Shown: positions 1 through 12,754 of the stretch, one piece after another
Layout: the number at the start of each line of letters is the position of its first letter
Numbering within the stretch: the stretch's first letter is position 1
Assembly: GCF_001194135.2 (NCBI RefSeq)
Contig: NC_068984.1
Coordinates: forward strand, 125,953,726-126,017,725
DNA from: Octopus bimaculoides
Taxonomy: Eukaryota
Length of the DNA stretch: 64,000 bases
Direction: 5' to 3'
Position numbers and translations under genes: made by a program
The notes under the pieces: generated by a model
What the model saw: only the letters and a program-made list of their open reading frames with translations
What the model was told of the DNA's origin: nothing
Databases searched by the model: none

Positions 1-499
1 TCTATTTGCAATTTTTAGTTATATACAGGCTGGCCTATTTAATATTTATTTATTTATTATATATTGCAATGAGTGAAAGAATGTCAGCCACTGTACCTGC
101 TGGAGCAACTTCAGAATAAATTCTATTCTGTAGTTATGGATGTGTGGTTGAGAAGTTTGCTTCCCACCCATGTGGTTTCAGGTTCAGTTCCACTGTGTGG
201 CACCTTGGGCAGGTGTCTCTGACTATGACCCAGGGCCAACCAAAGCTTCGTGAGTGGATTTGGTAGGCAGAAACTGTAAAAAGCTCATCATCTGTATATT
301 AATATGTATGCCTGTTTGTATATGAGTACCTCCTTATCTTAATATCACTTGATGGTAGTAAACAATACTGTGTTGAATGGTAGTGTGACATGTAGCAGAA
401 TGATGGTTCTTCATAAATGGTCTGTTATATATATAGTCAATATTATTATTGGTCTATTATTCAAGACAGTTTATCTTATAACTGGTTTATTATTTACAG

Positions 500-620
500 A
501 ATTGTGTGGAACAAATTTTTGATGATCCTAATATTGTATTAGTCTCAAAGAGTACAACTTTTGCAGAGGAATTTATATTCAATATCCGTGAAATTCTTAC
601 CCAACTGGAATCAAAGATCG
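500..620 (+). CDS. WASHC4: WASHC4 exon w1 (first in window): NCVEQIFDDPNIVLVSKSTTFAEEFIFNIREILTQLESKI-G
   Basis: tttacag| acceptor and |gtaagt donor; 121 nt, phase 0->1; matches recalled human ACIEQQFD..SKNSTFAEEF..EAKLG. Confidence 0.93.
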
Positions 621-2076
621 GTAAGTATATTTTTTATCTTAATATACTATTGTTGCTGTGATTAGTATTTTATATTTGTAAAAAGCACTGGTAAAAGTAC
701 TATTTATAAAGCACAGGTGATGGTACCAGATAAATAGCACCCAGTACACTCTGTAAAGTGGTTGGCATTAGGAAGGGCATCCGGCTCTAGAAACAAGTTC
801 AAAACAGACTATGGAACTTGGTGTGGCTCCTGACCTTATCAGCTCCTGTCAAACCATCCAACACATGCCAGCATGTAAAACGGATGTTAAGTGATGATGA
901 GTTGTGATGATGTTGGTTTTGTTGAGGGTGTCGTTGCTATCATTGTGTAGTCTAGATTTGCCTCTGATTGGACAAGACTATTGCACACAATTAGCTGACC
1001 AGGTGATTAGGTGCAACACATAGAGCTATTGTTTCATATATATATGTATATATACCATGCTTCTGTTTGGGTGAGTACCATTCTGCACACTCCTATCTGT
1101 TGTGGATAATTGTAAGGCATCATACATTGTTGTAATTTAGACATGTTTCTCTATCCTCTAGCCATTTAGTGAATCTCACAGTGGAGACATTTAGCTCCAG
1201 GTCAATCCCAATTAAACAAACTTATGATCAAAGCATTCCATCCATAGAAACCCAGGGATTTTACCTGTATGCAGATAACCCAGACTACATTATCAAGTGT
1301 ATTTTCCTTAAGACTTTTATGTATGATTTGAAAGAAATTTGGCTGATATTTCTAGCAGTTCAAACAACTGCATAGATGTTACCCTTCTTGGCTTTGTGTT
1401 GTAATTATGATATTTGTTGGATGATTTTGCATGTAGTAGCAGAGATTGTGGTAGCTGGAGTTTGCTAATGTTGCAAACTGTGACCTCTCACATGTCCAAG
1501 TGATCTTTGAGAGGTGTTCCAGGTGGAACTGCTGCTTCTCTAACTTGAGAGACCACAGCTCCGATAGTAGAGAAGAAGACAACTTTATGCTTTGAGGTGA
1601 GGGGGCTAAAGTAAGACAAAAGGGTCCAGAACAGAACCAGGTTTTTTACTGCAAGGGAGCTACGCAACTACATGGGCAGTATATTGATGACTCTTATCTA
1701 ATATATCCCTATCTTTTTGAAGCTAGTAGGGTATAATTAGAGTGAGATTAGGCTGCTATTTCTAGCATGTCAAATGATTACATAAAGCAGGTATGGGCAT
1801 CCTTTCTTAAGATGCAGACCACATGAGACTTGGCTCATCATCAGGTGGGCTACACTACTAATGAAATTAAAGGTAATTTTTTTGTCAAGTGTGACACTCA
1901 GAAAGTCCTGCAGGCTGCAGTTTGCTCATAATTGACATAGAGTCTCTCTGAGCCTGCATACAAACTCCATTGGTTCTGGTGGTTGTGGTAGAGAAGATGT
2001 GTGGTGATGGCAGTGATAGTGTCATTGTTGTTGTTGTTGGTGTTGTTGCTTCAATAAACGATTAATGTTTTCTCAG

Positions 2077-2204
2077 GTGATGTAAAGGAGATGGACCAGC
2101 GACACAAATATGTTGGATTATGTGGGCTTTACGTTCTCTACACTCAGATATTTCGTGTGGTTGACAAGAAACTTTTTAAAGCAGTCTGGGACGTTTACAA
2201 AAAG
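2077..2204 (+). CDS. WASHC4: WASHC4 exon w2: GDVKEMDQRHKYVGLCGLYVLYTQIFRVVDKKLFKAVWDVYKK
   Basis: tctcag| and |gtaaat; 128 nt, phase 1->0; human [21 protein letters not shown]. Confidence 0.95.
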
Positions 2205-2264
2205 GTAAATTTTCTATAACTTTTGTTTTTGTTTTTTTGTTTTTCCTGTTGAAACAAACAGGCA

Positions 2265-2407
2265 CAGGCATAGCAAAGTGTTTAAGAAGCTGGTTTTGGG
2301 TTCAGTCCCACTCTAACACACCTTAGATAAATGTCTTCTACTATAGCCTTAGGCTGACCAGTGCCTTGTGGATGAAATTGGTAGACAGGAGTTGTGTGGA
2401 AGGCCAT

Positions 2408-2442
<35 letters not shown>

Positions 2443-2710
2443 ATGTGTGTGTTGTCTGTATGTCTCCCCAGCCCCAACACCACTTGACAACTGCTGTTGG
2501 TTTGTTTACATCCTTGTGACACAGTGGTTCAGCAAAAGAGACTAATAGAATAAATATCAGTCTCTTTTGAGACTGATATTTATTACTGATACCTATTATG
2601 ACTGATAAATAAATAAGCACTCGTCGTGATCTATTTGACTATAACCTCTCATGGCAGTAGTCCAGCATGGCCAGAGATCAATGACCGGAACAAATAAAAG
2701 ATAAAAGAAA
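2265..2710 (+). mobile_element. tRNA-derived SINE, family B with tail 1 (diverged)
   Basis: gggttcagtcccact B-box, gtcttctactatagcc core, (CA)n spacer, ccagcatggcc..aaataaaagataaaag tail. Confidence 0.8.
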
Positions 2711-3149
2711 GATATATTTATTTATATTTTCTATTTGCTTTACATTCATTTTTATTCCACTTGTTTGCATGGATAGATTGGTTTATTTATTTATATATTT
2801 ATTTCTGTGAAACTTCCCATTTTTCTCCCTGGAAACATTAAAAAGAAAATTATCACAATTCATTGAATAAACTGTTAGATGAAATTTAATCTCTTAACAT
2901 ATTATCCCGTATATTTTCATTCAGAGATGTCTAGTAAATATATATTTGAACGAAAATATACGTTCACTGTACTCTGAGAATTCTATCACTTATTTCTAAT
3001 CTGAAATTCTTCGTTCATGATGTCATTCTCATTTTCTATCATTAATTATTATTAACACACATCAAAATAACAAAATCCACACAATTACTACAATGTACCA
3101 TGTTTTAAATCTCGTTTTGTTGCCATGATATATCCAACTATAAATGACA

Positions 3150-3470
3150 AGACTTACCACAATACTCCTCAACTGAAACACATCTTGTTATTACAATGTA
3201 TCCTATACTAAGCCTCACACAGTTACCAAAATATACCCTATACTAAAACCCATGAAGTTACCGTGATATACCTGGACCAAAACTCCACAAGCTACCGCAA
3301 TATACCTTGTCCTAGACTCTCCATATACACACAGTTACCAAAATATATCTTGCACTAAACCCCACAGTCATTAAACCCCAGACAGTCACCACAATATACT
3401 GTGTACTAAACTCCAACAGTTATCACAATATACCCTGTACTAAGCCCCTACACAGCTAACACAATCTTTT
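3150..3470. repeat. Degenerate ~33-35-bp minisatellite
   Basis: recurring gttaccacaatataccctgtactaaaccccaca-like unit. Confidence 0.7.
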
Positions 3471-3556
3471 GAACTAGGAACACTCTAACCAACCACAACA
3501 AAAGGTTTCATCCCTCCTCTTTACACTAACATCTCTATGCTGTCTTAATCATACAG

Positions 3557-3717
3557 GTACCTGCTGTACACCTTGTTGGTAATGTAGTGTGGATCCCCAG
3601 TGACTTCCTGTTAAACAATATCCCAGACACTGCACAGGCTATTGACAAGAAAGCTCTATTAGTTGTACGAGGTCATTGCTCCACTTGGCTGCAACAAAAG
3701 AACCAGATCCTCACCAG
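3557..3717 (+). CDS. WASHC4: WASHC4 exon w3: VPAVHLVGNVVWIPSDFLLNNIPDTAQAIDKKALLVVRGHCSTWLQQKNQILT-R
   Basis: atacag| and |gtaaca; 161 nt, phase 0->2; human VPAITLTANIIWFPDNFL..LQQKAQSLT. Confidence 0.94.
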
Positions 3718-4171
3718 GTAACATAACAATTTCTTCCTTCTTCGTTCTAACTCACCTTCTATTTCTTTGATCAAGTACAATTGCTATATGAACTGTACAC
3801 TAATAATTCACTCCTATTTCATTTATACTTTATATGTAGTGAACAGGTGATAGATTTTAATGACAATGTTTATGTGCAGTTGCTGCATTTCTACTGTACT
3901 TATACTGTAAATTCCACCAAACATCTATTGTACTTACTGTTGATGCACTAATAGTGCACATTTCATGTACTAATAATGTACAGTTATTGCATTTCTATTT
4001 CTGCCTTTCTATCTAACTGTGCATAAATGCACATATACTCATATGTTTTTCACACTGGAAACTTACATATATCTATGTGTCTGTATGTACATATGGTGAT
4101 GAAATTGAGTAACAATTTGAAAACCCATCCAACCCATGGTAGCATATTAAAACAATGAAAATTTAAATGGC

Positions 4172-4779
4172 TTTTAATGGTGGACATTGAAGTAGATAAC
4201 TGACTCTCTGCTGGTTACAATGACAAGTGTTCCAGTTGATCCAATCAACAGAACAGCTTGCTCAAGAAATTAACATGCAAGTGGCTGAGCACTCCACAGA
4301 TGTGTACCCTTAATGTAGTTCTTAAGGAGATTCAGCATGACACCGAATGTGACAAAGCTGGCCCTTTGAAATACAGGCACAATTCACTTTTGCCAGCTGA
4401 ATGGATTGGAACAACATGTCTTGCTTAAGGACTTGACATGCCACCCAGAATCAAATCCATGGCCTTATGGTCATGCGCTAAATATTCCTAACAACTAAAC
4501 TACACACATTCACTTGAAGTAGATAAGGCTATAAATAATAGCATGTGAAATATTGGGTTTTAAAAAATCATTGATACAAAAATGTCAAAGGCTGTCTGTG
4601 GGACTCGAACCCACATCTAGGAACATTATAATAGTTTCACATCTGGCATATTTACAGAAGATGTGAGTTCAAGTCCCAGGGACAGTCTTCAACTTTTTTC
4701 TATCCAAAGGGTTTCTTAGCCCAACATCTTACATGCTATTATTTATAGCTTGATCTACTTTGAGTTCCACTATTAAAAA
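4172..4779. mobile_element. Fold-back/MITE-like element with a tRNA-like centre
   Basis: arms tttaatggtggacattgaagtagataaggctataaataatagcatg.. and ..catgctattatttatagcttgatctactttgagttccactattaaaa; a partial arm recurs at 38374-38414. Confidence 0.75.
4200..4513 (-). mobile_element. tRNA-derived SINE family C with 13-bp TSD
   Basis: homologous to 51130-51505; ttgaagtagataa duplicated at 4187-4199 and 4514-4526. Confidence 0.8.
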
Positions 4780-5396
4780 CTGTTTATTTCATCTCTTGAA
4801 GTTTTTAACTTCTTATGTCATAAACAGATTTTGGATCATGACCTCTAGGAATTCTAACAGCCCTTAGCATGGATTCAGGTTCGATGTCATAAACTTAAAG
4901 ATAACTCAATATTACTTCTTATTAAATTTCAGGAGGGTTTTTTTTTAATGTATCTATGCATGGTTGCATGCATTTAAAATTTATGTTTAATGAAATACAA
5001 AGTTTCAATTGATTGAATTGACTTCTTTATAGTCCTTGAACCTTTAATCCAAGAAAGAGCAATTGTTGTCTAGCTCATTCAGGTCATTTGAAGTAAGATG
5101 CACATAGAAACATCCAATCTGAATTTTCAAATTTCTCTTCTTCAGAGACCATCACAAGTTTCCTAAGATTCAAATACTTCACTTTTATATAACATTGTTT
5201 TATTATATTACTTGTTTTTATATTACTTGTTTTAGTCATTGATTTTGGCACTTCCTTGGGGTGATTAGTTGATCAAATCGACCCCCAAGTCTACTTTTTA
5301 TAGTCTGGTCTCTTTTTAGGCAAACCATTAAATGATGAGACATAAACAAAGCAATACTGGTTGACCATCAGTGAGAGACAAATGCACATATACACA

Positions 5397-5435
<39 letters not shown>

Positions 5436-5582
5436 AGATAGATAGATACATGCATACATACATACATACATATTCTAAACAAAACTGCCTTATGAGCCTA
5501 TGGCTTGGGAAGGACCTTTGACCCTTTTTTCTGATATAAATATATATTTATATGTGTGTATATTTATATATATATATATCTA

Positions 5583-5615
<33 letters not shown>

Positions 5616-5814
5616 TATTTTGCTTAAAAGAGTTCCAACACTGTCTGTTTTTTATGTTTTATTTATATTCCTGCAGAACCAATGTGGGGTATAGAATATG
5701 GAATATACAATATACAATATAAAATAAAATAAAATAAAAATGGATGGCACCATGAAAGAAAGTATTGAATGTAGATGAAATATTGAGTGTTCAATATAAA
5801 GGATCAAATATATA

Positions 5815-5868
<54 letters not shown>

Positions 5869-6645
5869 TATATATATATATTTATATATATATATATATA
5901 TATATNNNNNNNNNNNNNNNNNNNNNNNNNNNNNNNNNNNNNNNNNNNNNNNNNNNNNNNNNNNNNNNNNNNNNNNNNNNNNNNNNNNNNNNNNNNNNNN
6001 NNNNNNNNNNNNNNNNNNNNNNNNNNNNNNNNNNNNNNNNNNNNNNNNNNNNNNNNNNNNNNNNNNNNNNNNNNNNNNNNNNNNNNNNNNNNNNNNNNNN
6101 NNNNNNNNNNNNNNNNNNNNNNNNNNNNNNNNNNNNNNNNNNNNNNNNNNNNNNNNNNNNNNNNNNNNNNNNNNNNNNNNNNNNNNNNNNNNNNNNNNNN
6201 NNNNNNNNNNNNNNNNNNNNNNNNNNNNNNNNNNNNNNNNNNNNNNNNNNNNNNNNNNNNNNNNNNNNNNNNNNNNNNNNNNNNNNNNNNNNNNNNNNNN
6301 NNNNNNNNNNNNNNNNNNNNNNNNNNNNNNNNNNNNNNNNNNNNNNNNNNNNNNNNNNNNNNNNNNNNNNNNNNNNNNNNNNNNNNNNNNNTATGTATAT
6401 CAGAGTAAGCACATAAATGCAAAACAAGGTGGAAAAAACAGTCTTCGAATACCAGAAGTAGAGTAATAGGCTTTATTAAAAAAGTAGCAAAAATATCACA
6501 AAACTCAGAGTTTCACATTCCCGTATAGTGGGGCTGAACCTAAAGCCCTGAGGTTAAAAAATGAACTTATTAACCACACAGTCATACCTGCACCTATATA
6601 TAGGTTATATTTATCAATTATGCATCCAAGAGTTACATTAACTTT

Positions 6646-8470
6646 CATCATCATCATTTAACGTCCTTTGTCCATGCTGGTATGGGTTGGATGGTTTGAC
6701 CAGGGCTGGCAAGCTGGAAGATGGTTTCTACGGCTGGATGCCCTTCTTAATGCCAACCACACCGCGAGTGTAATGGGTGCTTTTACGTGCCACCGGCTTG
6801 GGTGCCATTTGCATGACACTGATATCCACCACAACTGTGGTTTTGATTGTCTTGATGGGTCTTCTTCTGAAGCACAACATAATGCCAGTGGTCTCAGTCA
6901 TTGCCTCCATTAGGTCAAACACTTAAAAGGAGCTCAGCTACTTTGCCTTTGTGAAGCTAACGCTCAAAAGGTGCTTTTTAAGTGCCACTGGTGTCAGTAA
7001 CATGACACCAGCATCAGCTATGACTATGATTTCACTTGGCTTGACAGGCCCTCTCAAGCACAATACATTGCCAAAGGTCTCGGTCACTAGTCATTTGCCT
7101 CTGTGAGGCCCAAAGTTCAAAGATCATGCTTCACCACTTCGTCCCATGTCTTCCTGAGTCTACCTCTATCACAGGTTCCCTCCACTGTTAGAGATCGGCT
7201 CTTCTTTACACAGCTGTCCTTGTCCAAACACTTCACATGGCCATACCAGCATAGCCATTTCTTTTGCACACCACATCTGATGCCTCTTATCCCCAATTTT
7301 TCTCTTAAGATGCTTACACTCTGACGAACATGCACACTAACACTGCACATCCAGTAAAGCGTACTGACTTCATTTCTTTCAAGCCTACACATGTCCCCGT
7401 CTGTCACAGCCCATTTTTCACTGCTATGTAGTATAGCCGTTCGCACACAGACATCATACAATCTGCCTTTCACTCTGAGAGAGAGGCCCTTTGTTGCCAG
7501 CAGAGGTAGAAGCTCTCTGAACTTTGCTCACCCTAATCTTATTCTCACAGCTATGTTCTTGGCGCATCCACCTCCGCTACTAACTTGGTCACCAGCTTAC
7601 CCTCCTGGCAGTTGATGGAGTCTATTTTCTGTGCATTTATTGTACCTGTGCATCTTCCACACACAAAAGCGATTTTCTCCATTAACCTTCCTCTGATATT
7701 GCTGACCTTTTATGTGTCTGTAGCTCACACTGGGTGCATCTTATGGAGTTTCTACCTACACCTTTTCTAGAGATCGAGCAGGGCCATCTACCAGAAGGGA
7801 TTTGTGATTTGCCTACTTCCTACTTACTAAGACTTTGATTTTTGCTAGGTTGACTCTAAGGCCCTTCGATTCTAGACCACGCTTCCATATCTGGAACTTC
7901 TTTTCTAGTTCTGGTAGTGGTTCAGTGATAAGAACAAGGTCATCAGCATAGAGGAGCTCCCAGGAGTAGCCTGCCTTCAATTCTTCTCTTATTGCCTGGA
8001 GGACTATGATGAACTAGATGAAGCTGAGGATTGATCCTTAGAGAACCCCTACTTGTACCTTCGCTGTACTTGTTGCCAACTCTCACCTTACTGACAGCGT
8101 CCCTGTACATAGCTTGTACAGCTCTCACCAACCACTCATCTATCCCTAGTTTCCACATTGACCACCAGATAAGGAATCAGACTAATTAGTCAGGCTATAA
8201 CCCTCTCTGTTACTTTCATCACCTGATCCAACAATTTGATACCTCTGTAATTATTTCTAAGGCATCGCCTTTACCTTTGTAGCAGTTGACTATGGTGCTG
8301 CTACACCAGTCATTGGATATGACTCCTTCATGAACCACCTAATTTACAATACTAGTGACTAGACCATAACCCACATTACCATATATTTTAAGCATTTCAG
8401 CGGTGATTCCTGATGGGCAGGGCAGGGGTGGGGGGCTTCCCTGTCTTCATATCCTTAATTGCTTTGTAGA
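6646..8470 (-). mobile_element. 5'-truncated, decayed RTE-clade LINE (RT/C-terminal ORF fragments, 3' UTR, (GAT)n tail)
   Basis: minus-strand peptides KAIKDMKTGK..PSGITAEMLK, DW.SSTIVNCYKGKGDAL, SLIWWSMWKLGIDEWLVRAVQAMY, WYGHV..RGRLRKTWDEVV; stops, frameshifts and an internal deletion near 8190. Confidence 0.9.
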
Positions 8471-9548
8471 ATAAATTCTGCTTGAGTGAAATCAGACATG
8501 TTTCTATTTCTTGTATTTAATATGATACAAACATATATATCAAATAAGTTGAAGAAGAATCAAATGTAAGCTTTCATCTAAAGAAACTGAATGAAGATCA
8601 TCACTCTTAGGTCATGTAATGAAAGTGACCATTTTTAGTTCAAGGAAAAAGAAAACATTGAATCAATTGAAACATTTCATTTTTTTGTCACACCAAAACC
8701 ATTGCAAAGTTCCATGTAATTCTATTTTGATTCTATTTGTGTTTTTTTATTTCTTTTTATCTTACCATAGGAAGAGGTCAGTACACAATTTTTGCTCACT
8801 TTGTCTTTCCATACTTTAACTGTCTGTCTTTCTTGTTGATAAATACACACTTCAATAAACACTCTCTAGCAACCCATTACTGTATGGTATCCCTCAAAAC
8901 AGAATAGTCTGAAAATTATATACATTCCAGAGTATTTATTTCAATTTGGAATACGGTTCATATGTTATTAACTTTTCATATGTCCAAACCACTATGCAAT
9001 CATCCTTTTATGACTTTCTTGTTGTTACTTTATTTTTCTCATTATTGAATTGTAGACAGAAAATCCATCTTTTTTCACATTAATGGGTAAAGACTGAAAC
9101 ATCATCAGTCAGTGCTAATTACATAAACTGAGATGTTTTCCAAATACATTTTGACCATTAATTACAACTGAAATTAGGGAGACAGCAAAACATCTTGGTC
9201 CTTTTATTGATTTTAGGAATACTCTGTGTGTGTATGTGTGAGAGAGAGATATCATAAAGGAAAGGGACTTGAAATTCAGGCAGGTACCCTATGAGCACTC
9301 TGATACAATTCAGTTCTGGCTAACCGCTTCGAATGGCAGGGAACATTCAGAATTGTTTAAGAAAGACAATTAAACTGTACTTCACTCGATAGGTAAATCC
9401 TGAGTTCATTTCATTGGATTTCATGCAGCATACAGAGTAACGAATCAAGAATCATCATGAAGAATGCAGAATTATACATTCTTTTACTCTTTTACTTGTT
9501 TCAGTCATTTGACTGTGGCCATGTTGGAGCACCTCCTTGAAATTAATG

Positions 9549-9615
9549 TTCCCATGCCAGGAATCAAATCCAGGTCGCCTGGGTGAAAGTCATGTGGTCC
9601 CTAGACCACATGGGA
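9549..9615 (-). pseudogene. tRNA-Glu(TTC)-like pseudogene
   Basis: minus strand TCCCATGTGGTCTAG..TTTCACCCAGGCGACCTGGATTTGATTCCTGGCATGGGAA resembles eukaryotic tRNA-Glu-TTC; D-arm 3' half replaced, T-loop degenerate. Confidence 0.7.
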
Positions 9616-9617
9616 CC

Positions 9618-10001
9618 ACATCTTCAAAATTTAGTCATTAAGATATTTTTACATTAAATTCCAATCCGACATATTTCTGTTGGATAACTGTCCTAGTATC
9701 CTCTGATGAAGCAGTTATGTGCAGTTAGTTCATTCATTTGCAGTATATATTCATCCAAGGTAGATATTCTTATGCAACTTTCTTCAGGATATTACCCATA
9801 TGGGTGGGTGCAGCTGTATGGGTAACACCTTGAAGAAAGCAGCATAGGAATATCTACCTTGGATGTATACATACTGCAAATGAATGAACTAAATGTACAT
9901 AACTGCTACATCAGAGGACACTAGGACATTTATCCAACAGCAATACATGTCAGATTGGAATTTTATGAAAAAATATCTTAATGACTAAATTTTGAAGATG
10001 T
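9618..10001. repeat. Long inverted repeat / fold-back element (~184-bp arms, 16-nt loop)
   Basis: 9618-9800 is the reverse complement of 9817-10001 with scattered mismatches. Confidence 0.9.
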
Positions 10002-10084
10002 ATAATTCTCTATTCTTTATTATGATGTCTTGTGTATGTATATGTGTGTATTTATATGTTATAGCTTAGTATATCCAGTTACTT

Positions 10085-10385
10085 AAAACCTAGTAATAGC
10101 AGGATTATAAAGCAATGTTTCCATGTATAGTATTTATTTTCTTTTTAAGCCCAGTACTTATTGTATCAGACTCTTTTGCCAAACTACAAACTTATGGGGA
10201 TGTAAACACACCAACACTAATTGTCATGTGGTGGTGGGAGACACACACACACACACACACATATATGACAAGCTTTTTCAGTTTCCATCTACCAGATCCA
10301 CTCACAAAACTTTGGGGCTGAACCAAGAACCATGTGGTTGGGAAGCAACCTTCTTGCCACACAGCCATGCCTGTGCCTTTTTTTT
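10085..10385 (-). mobile_element. tRNA-derived SINE family B
   Basis: cagtttccatctaccagatccactcacaa.. accatgtggttgggaagcaa..cacacagcc. Confidence 0.8.
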
Positions 10386-11050
10386 TTTTTTTTTTTTCAT
10401 TTTATCTAGTTTCAGCTCATGGGTTGTGGCCATGTTGGGGCACCGCCATATGTATGCAAATTATTCATCTATTCTGTTTAATTGTCTACCTCTCTATACC
10501 CCTTTAATACATAATTGTCTCCCTACTTATCAATTATATCAATGGTATATCTTTATACTCCATATCTCACTGTTCATTTCTCTCTTTCTCCCGTCTGCAT
10601 GTTATTATTTTTTGTCCAACTCCTCAAACTTTTGTTACACAATTAACAAAGTTGCATGGAATTAATGAGGATCTTAATGGTGGCTTAGAAACGTTGATAT
10701 AAATGTTGTGGGTTTTAATCTCACTCTAGCTTTCTCACTCTAGCTTTCTCACTCTGTCTATTGACACCTGGGTATGAGATGTTTTGGCACAGCCATATTG
10801 ACATCACCTATCTGGTGCTGCTGATTCTGTGCTGACTTATCAGACATTTTCATTTTTCTCTTGTTTACTCTTTCTCTTTCTTTCTCTCTCTCTCTTTCTT
10901 CCTCCCTCTCTCCCTTCCTCTCCTCTCTCTCTTCCTCCATCTCTCTGTCCCTCTCTCTCTCTCTTTCTGTATATGAAGAGAAGAAAAGTGTTTATAACAG
11001 TCATATTTAATTGATAATTCATAATTCTCTGGCTCTTTCTCTCTCTCTTC

Positions 11051-11088
<38 letters not shown>

Positions 11089-11211
11089 NNNNNNNNNNNN
11101 NNNNNNNNNNNNNNNNNNNNNNNNNNNNNNNNNNNNNNNNNNNNNNNNNNNNNNNNNNNNNNNNNNNNNNNNNNNNNNNNNNNNNNNNNNNNTATTTGAT
11201 TAATAATTCAT

Positions 11212-11244
<33 letters not shown>

Positions 11245-12183
11245 GAGGAAGAGAGGAAAAGCGTTTATTGACAATCATATTTAATTAATAATTCATAATT
11301 CTCTCCCTCCCTCTTACTCTTTCTCTCTCTCTAGCTATCTCCCTCTCCCCCTCTCTCTCTTTCTTTATATATGTATATTTCTGTTCACACACACGTGGTG
11401 TGTTTACCTCTAGTGCCAAAATGTACTGTCACCAGAATAGATTGAATGTCCACTTGGCCATGCTAAATCATCACCATCTAAACAACTCTACCCAATTGCT
11501 TCACTGCTTTGACACTTGCAGCCACCACTTAACAGTTCAATAGTTAGTTCTTTCAAACTATCATATATTTTATAGCAACAGTTTACAAACTTTTAGTCTC
11601 GTCTTTTTTCTGATTTTCTTTTTCAAACAATATTCTCTTAATATTTTGGATTCTATTTATCATCAGGTATCATGTTTGAATATGTCCTTTGGTTGGTATT
11701 GAATTCACTTGTCTTTTTTCATGCAAATCTCCAGTACTTTTAATAGTGTTCTATATATATTATATATATGGAAGTAGTACTTCATATATAAGTGCTATAC
11801 ACAGACATATGCATGCATGTTTGTGACGGCTACAAACCATTCTTGAAGGATCCAATAATATTCCAACAACTTAAAATGCCTCATACATTTGATAGGTTTT
11901 TCAAAGAGCAAAAACATGGCCATCTATAACAAACTTTCCAGTCATCATCATCATTATTTTGACGTCCATTTTTCCATGCTTGCATGGATCAGAAGGAGCT
12001 ATTTTTTTAACTGAGGCAGATTTTCTTTGGCCAGATGTCTTTCCTCTTGCCAACTTTCACCTGTTTTACAAGCAAGGTAATGCTTACCCATGGCCAGACA
12101 TATTTTTTATTTTGCATAATATTGGAAATGAATGACAGTGATAACCACCTCAAAACTGTCGCACAGTGTTAAAGCCTGGGGGG

Positions 12184-12274
<91 letters not shown>

Positions 12275-12275
<1 letters not shown>

Positions 12276-12490
12276 AGTGCTCCCCGATTGGCTCCTGTGC
12301 CGGTGGTATATAAAACACAATGACTACACTCTCGGAGTGGTTGGCTTTAGGAAGGGCATCCAGCTATAGAAACCTTGCCAGATCAGATTGGAGCCTAGTA
12401 CACCCTTCTGGCTTGCCAGTTCTCAGTCAAATCGTCCAACCCATGCTAGCATGGAAAGCGGACGTTAAACGATGATGATGATGATGATGA
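12275..12490 (+). mobile_element. RTE-family 3' UTR copy after (CA)n
   Basis: actacactctcggagtggttggc..ggacgttaaac(gat)n. Confidence 0.82.
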
Positions 12491-12703
12491 TACATATACA
12501 GTGAAATTCTTTCAGTTTCCCTCTGCCAGATCCCCCTCACAAAGCTTTGGTCAGCCTGGAGCTATAGTAGAAGACACTTGTCCAAGGTGCCACGCAGTGG
12601 GACTGGACCCGGGACCATGTGATTGTAAAGCAAACTCATTCAGAACAGCATCAAAACAAGCTGAAAAGATTACCAGTCTGAATGGTTTTGATAATCAACA
12701 ATA

Positions 12704-12754
<51 letters not shown>

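Noticed and set aside
3150-3470. Regularly spaced motif that superficially resembles a CRISPR array
   Set aside because: The context is a eukaryotic intron, the 'spacers' are similar to each other, and there are no cas genes. It is a minisatellite.
5787-6427. Long ORFs in the track spanning N gaps (also 47232-48287, 59691-60376, 41597-42262, 10865-11278)
   Set aside because: They are open only because N runs translate as X. The gaps are 5906-6391, 11089-11192, 16432-16537, 41822-42026, 47276-48128 and 59837-60324. The 41678-42262 and 16590-16841 frames are explained by the RTE.
6500-6524. Minus-strand GGGAAUGU-GAAACUCUGAGU, resembling a hammerhead 3' half with near-palindromic stem III
   Set aside because: The CUGANGA half is absent because the sequence switches to a SINE fragment, so it cannot be supported.
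9703-9709. CTGATGA core in the long inverted repeat
   Set aside because: The partner arm reads CTGATGT, and there is no GAAA at a suitable distance on the same strand and no stem I. Not called a hammerhead.
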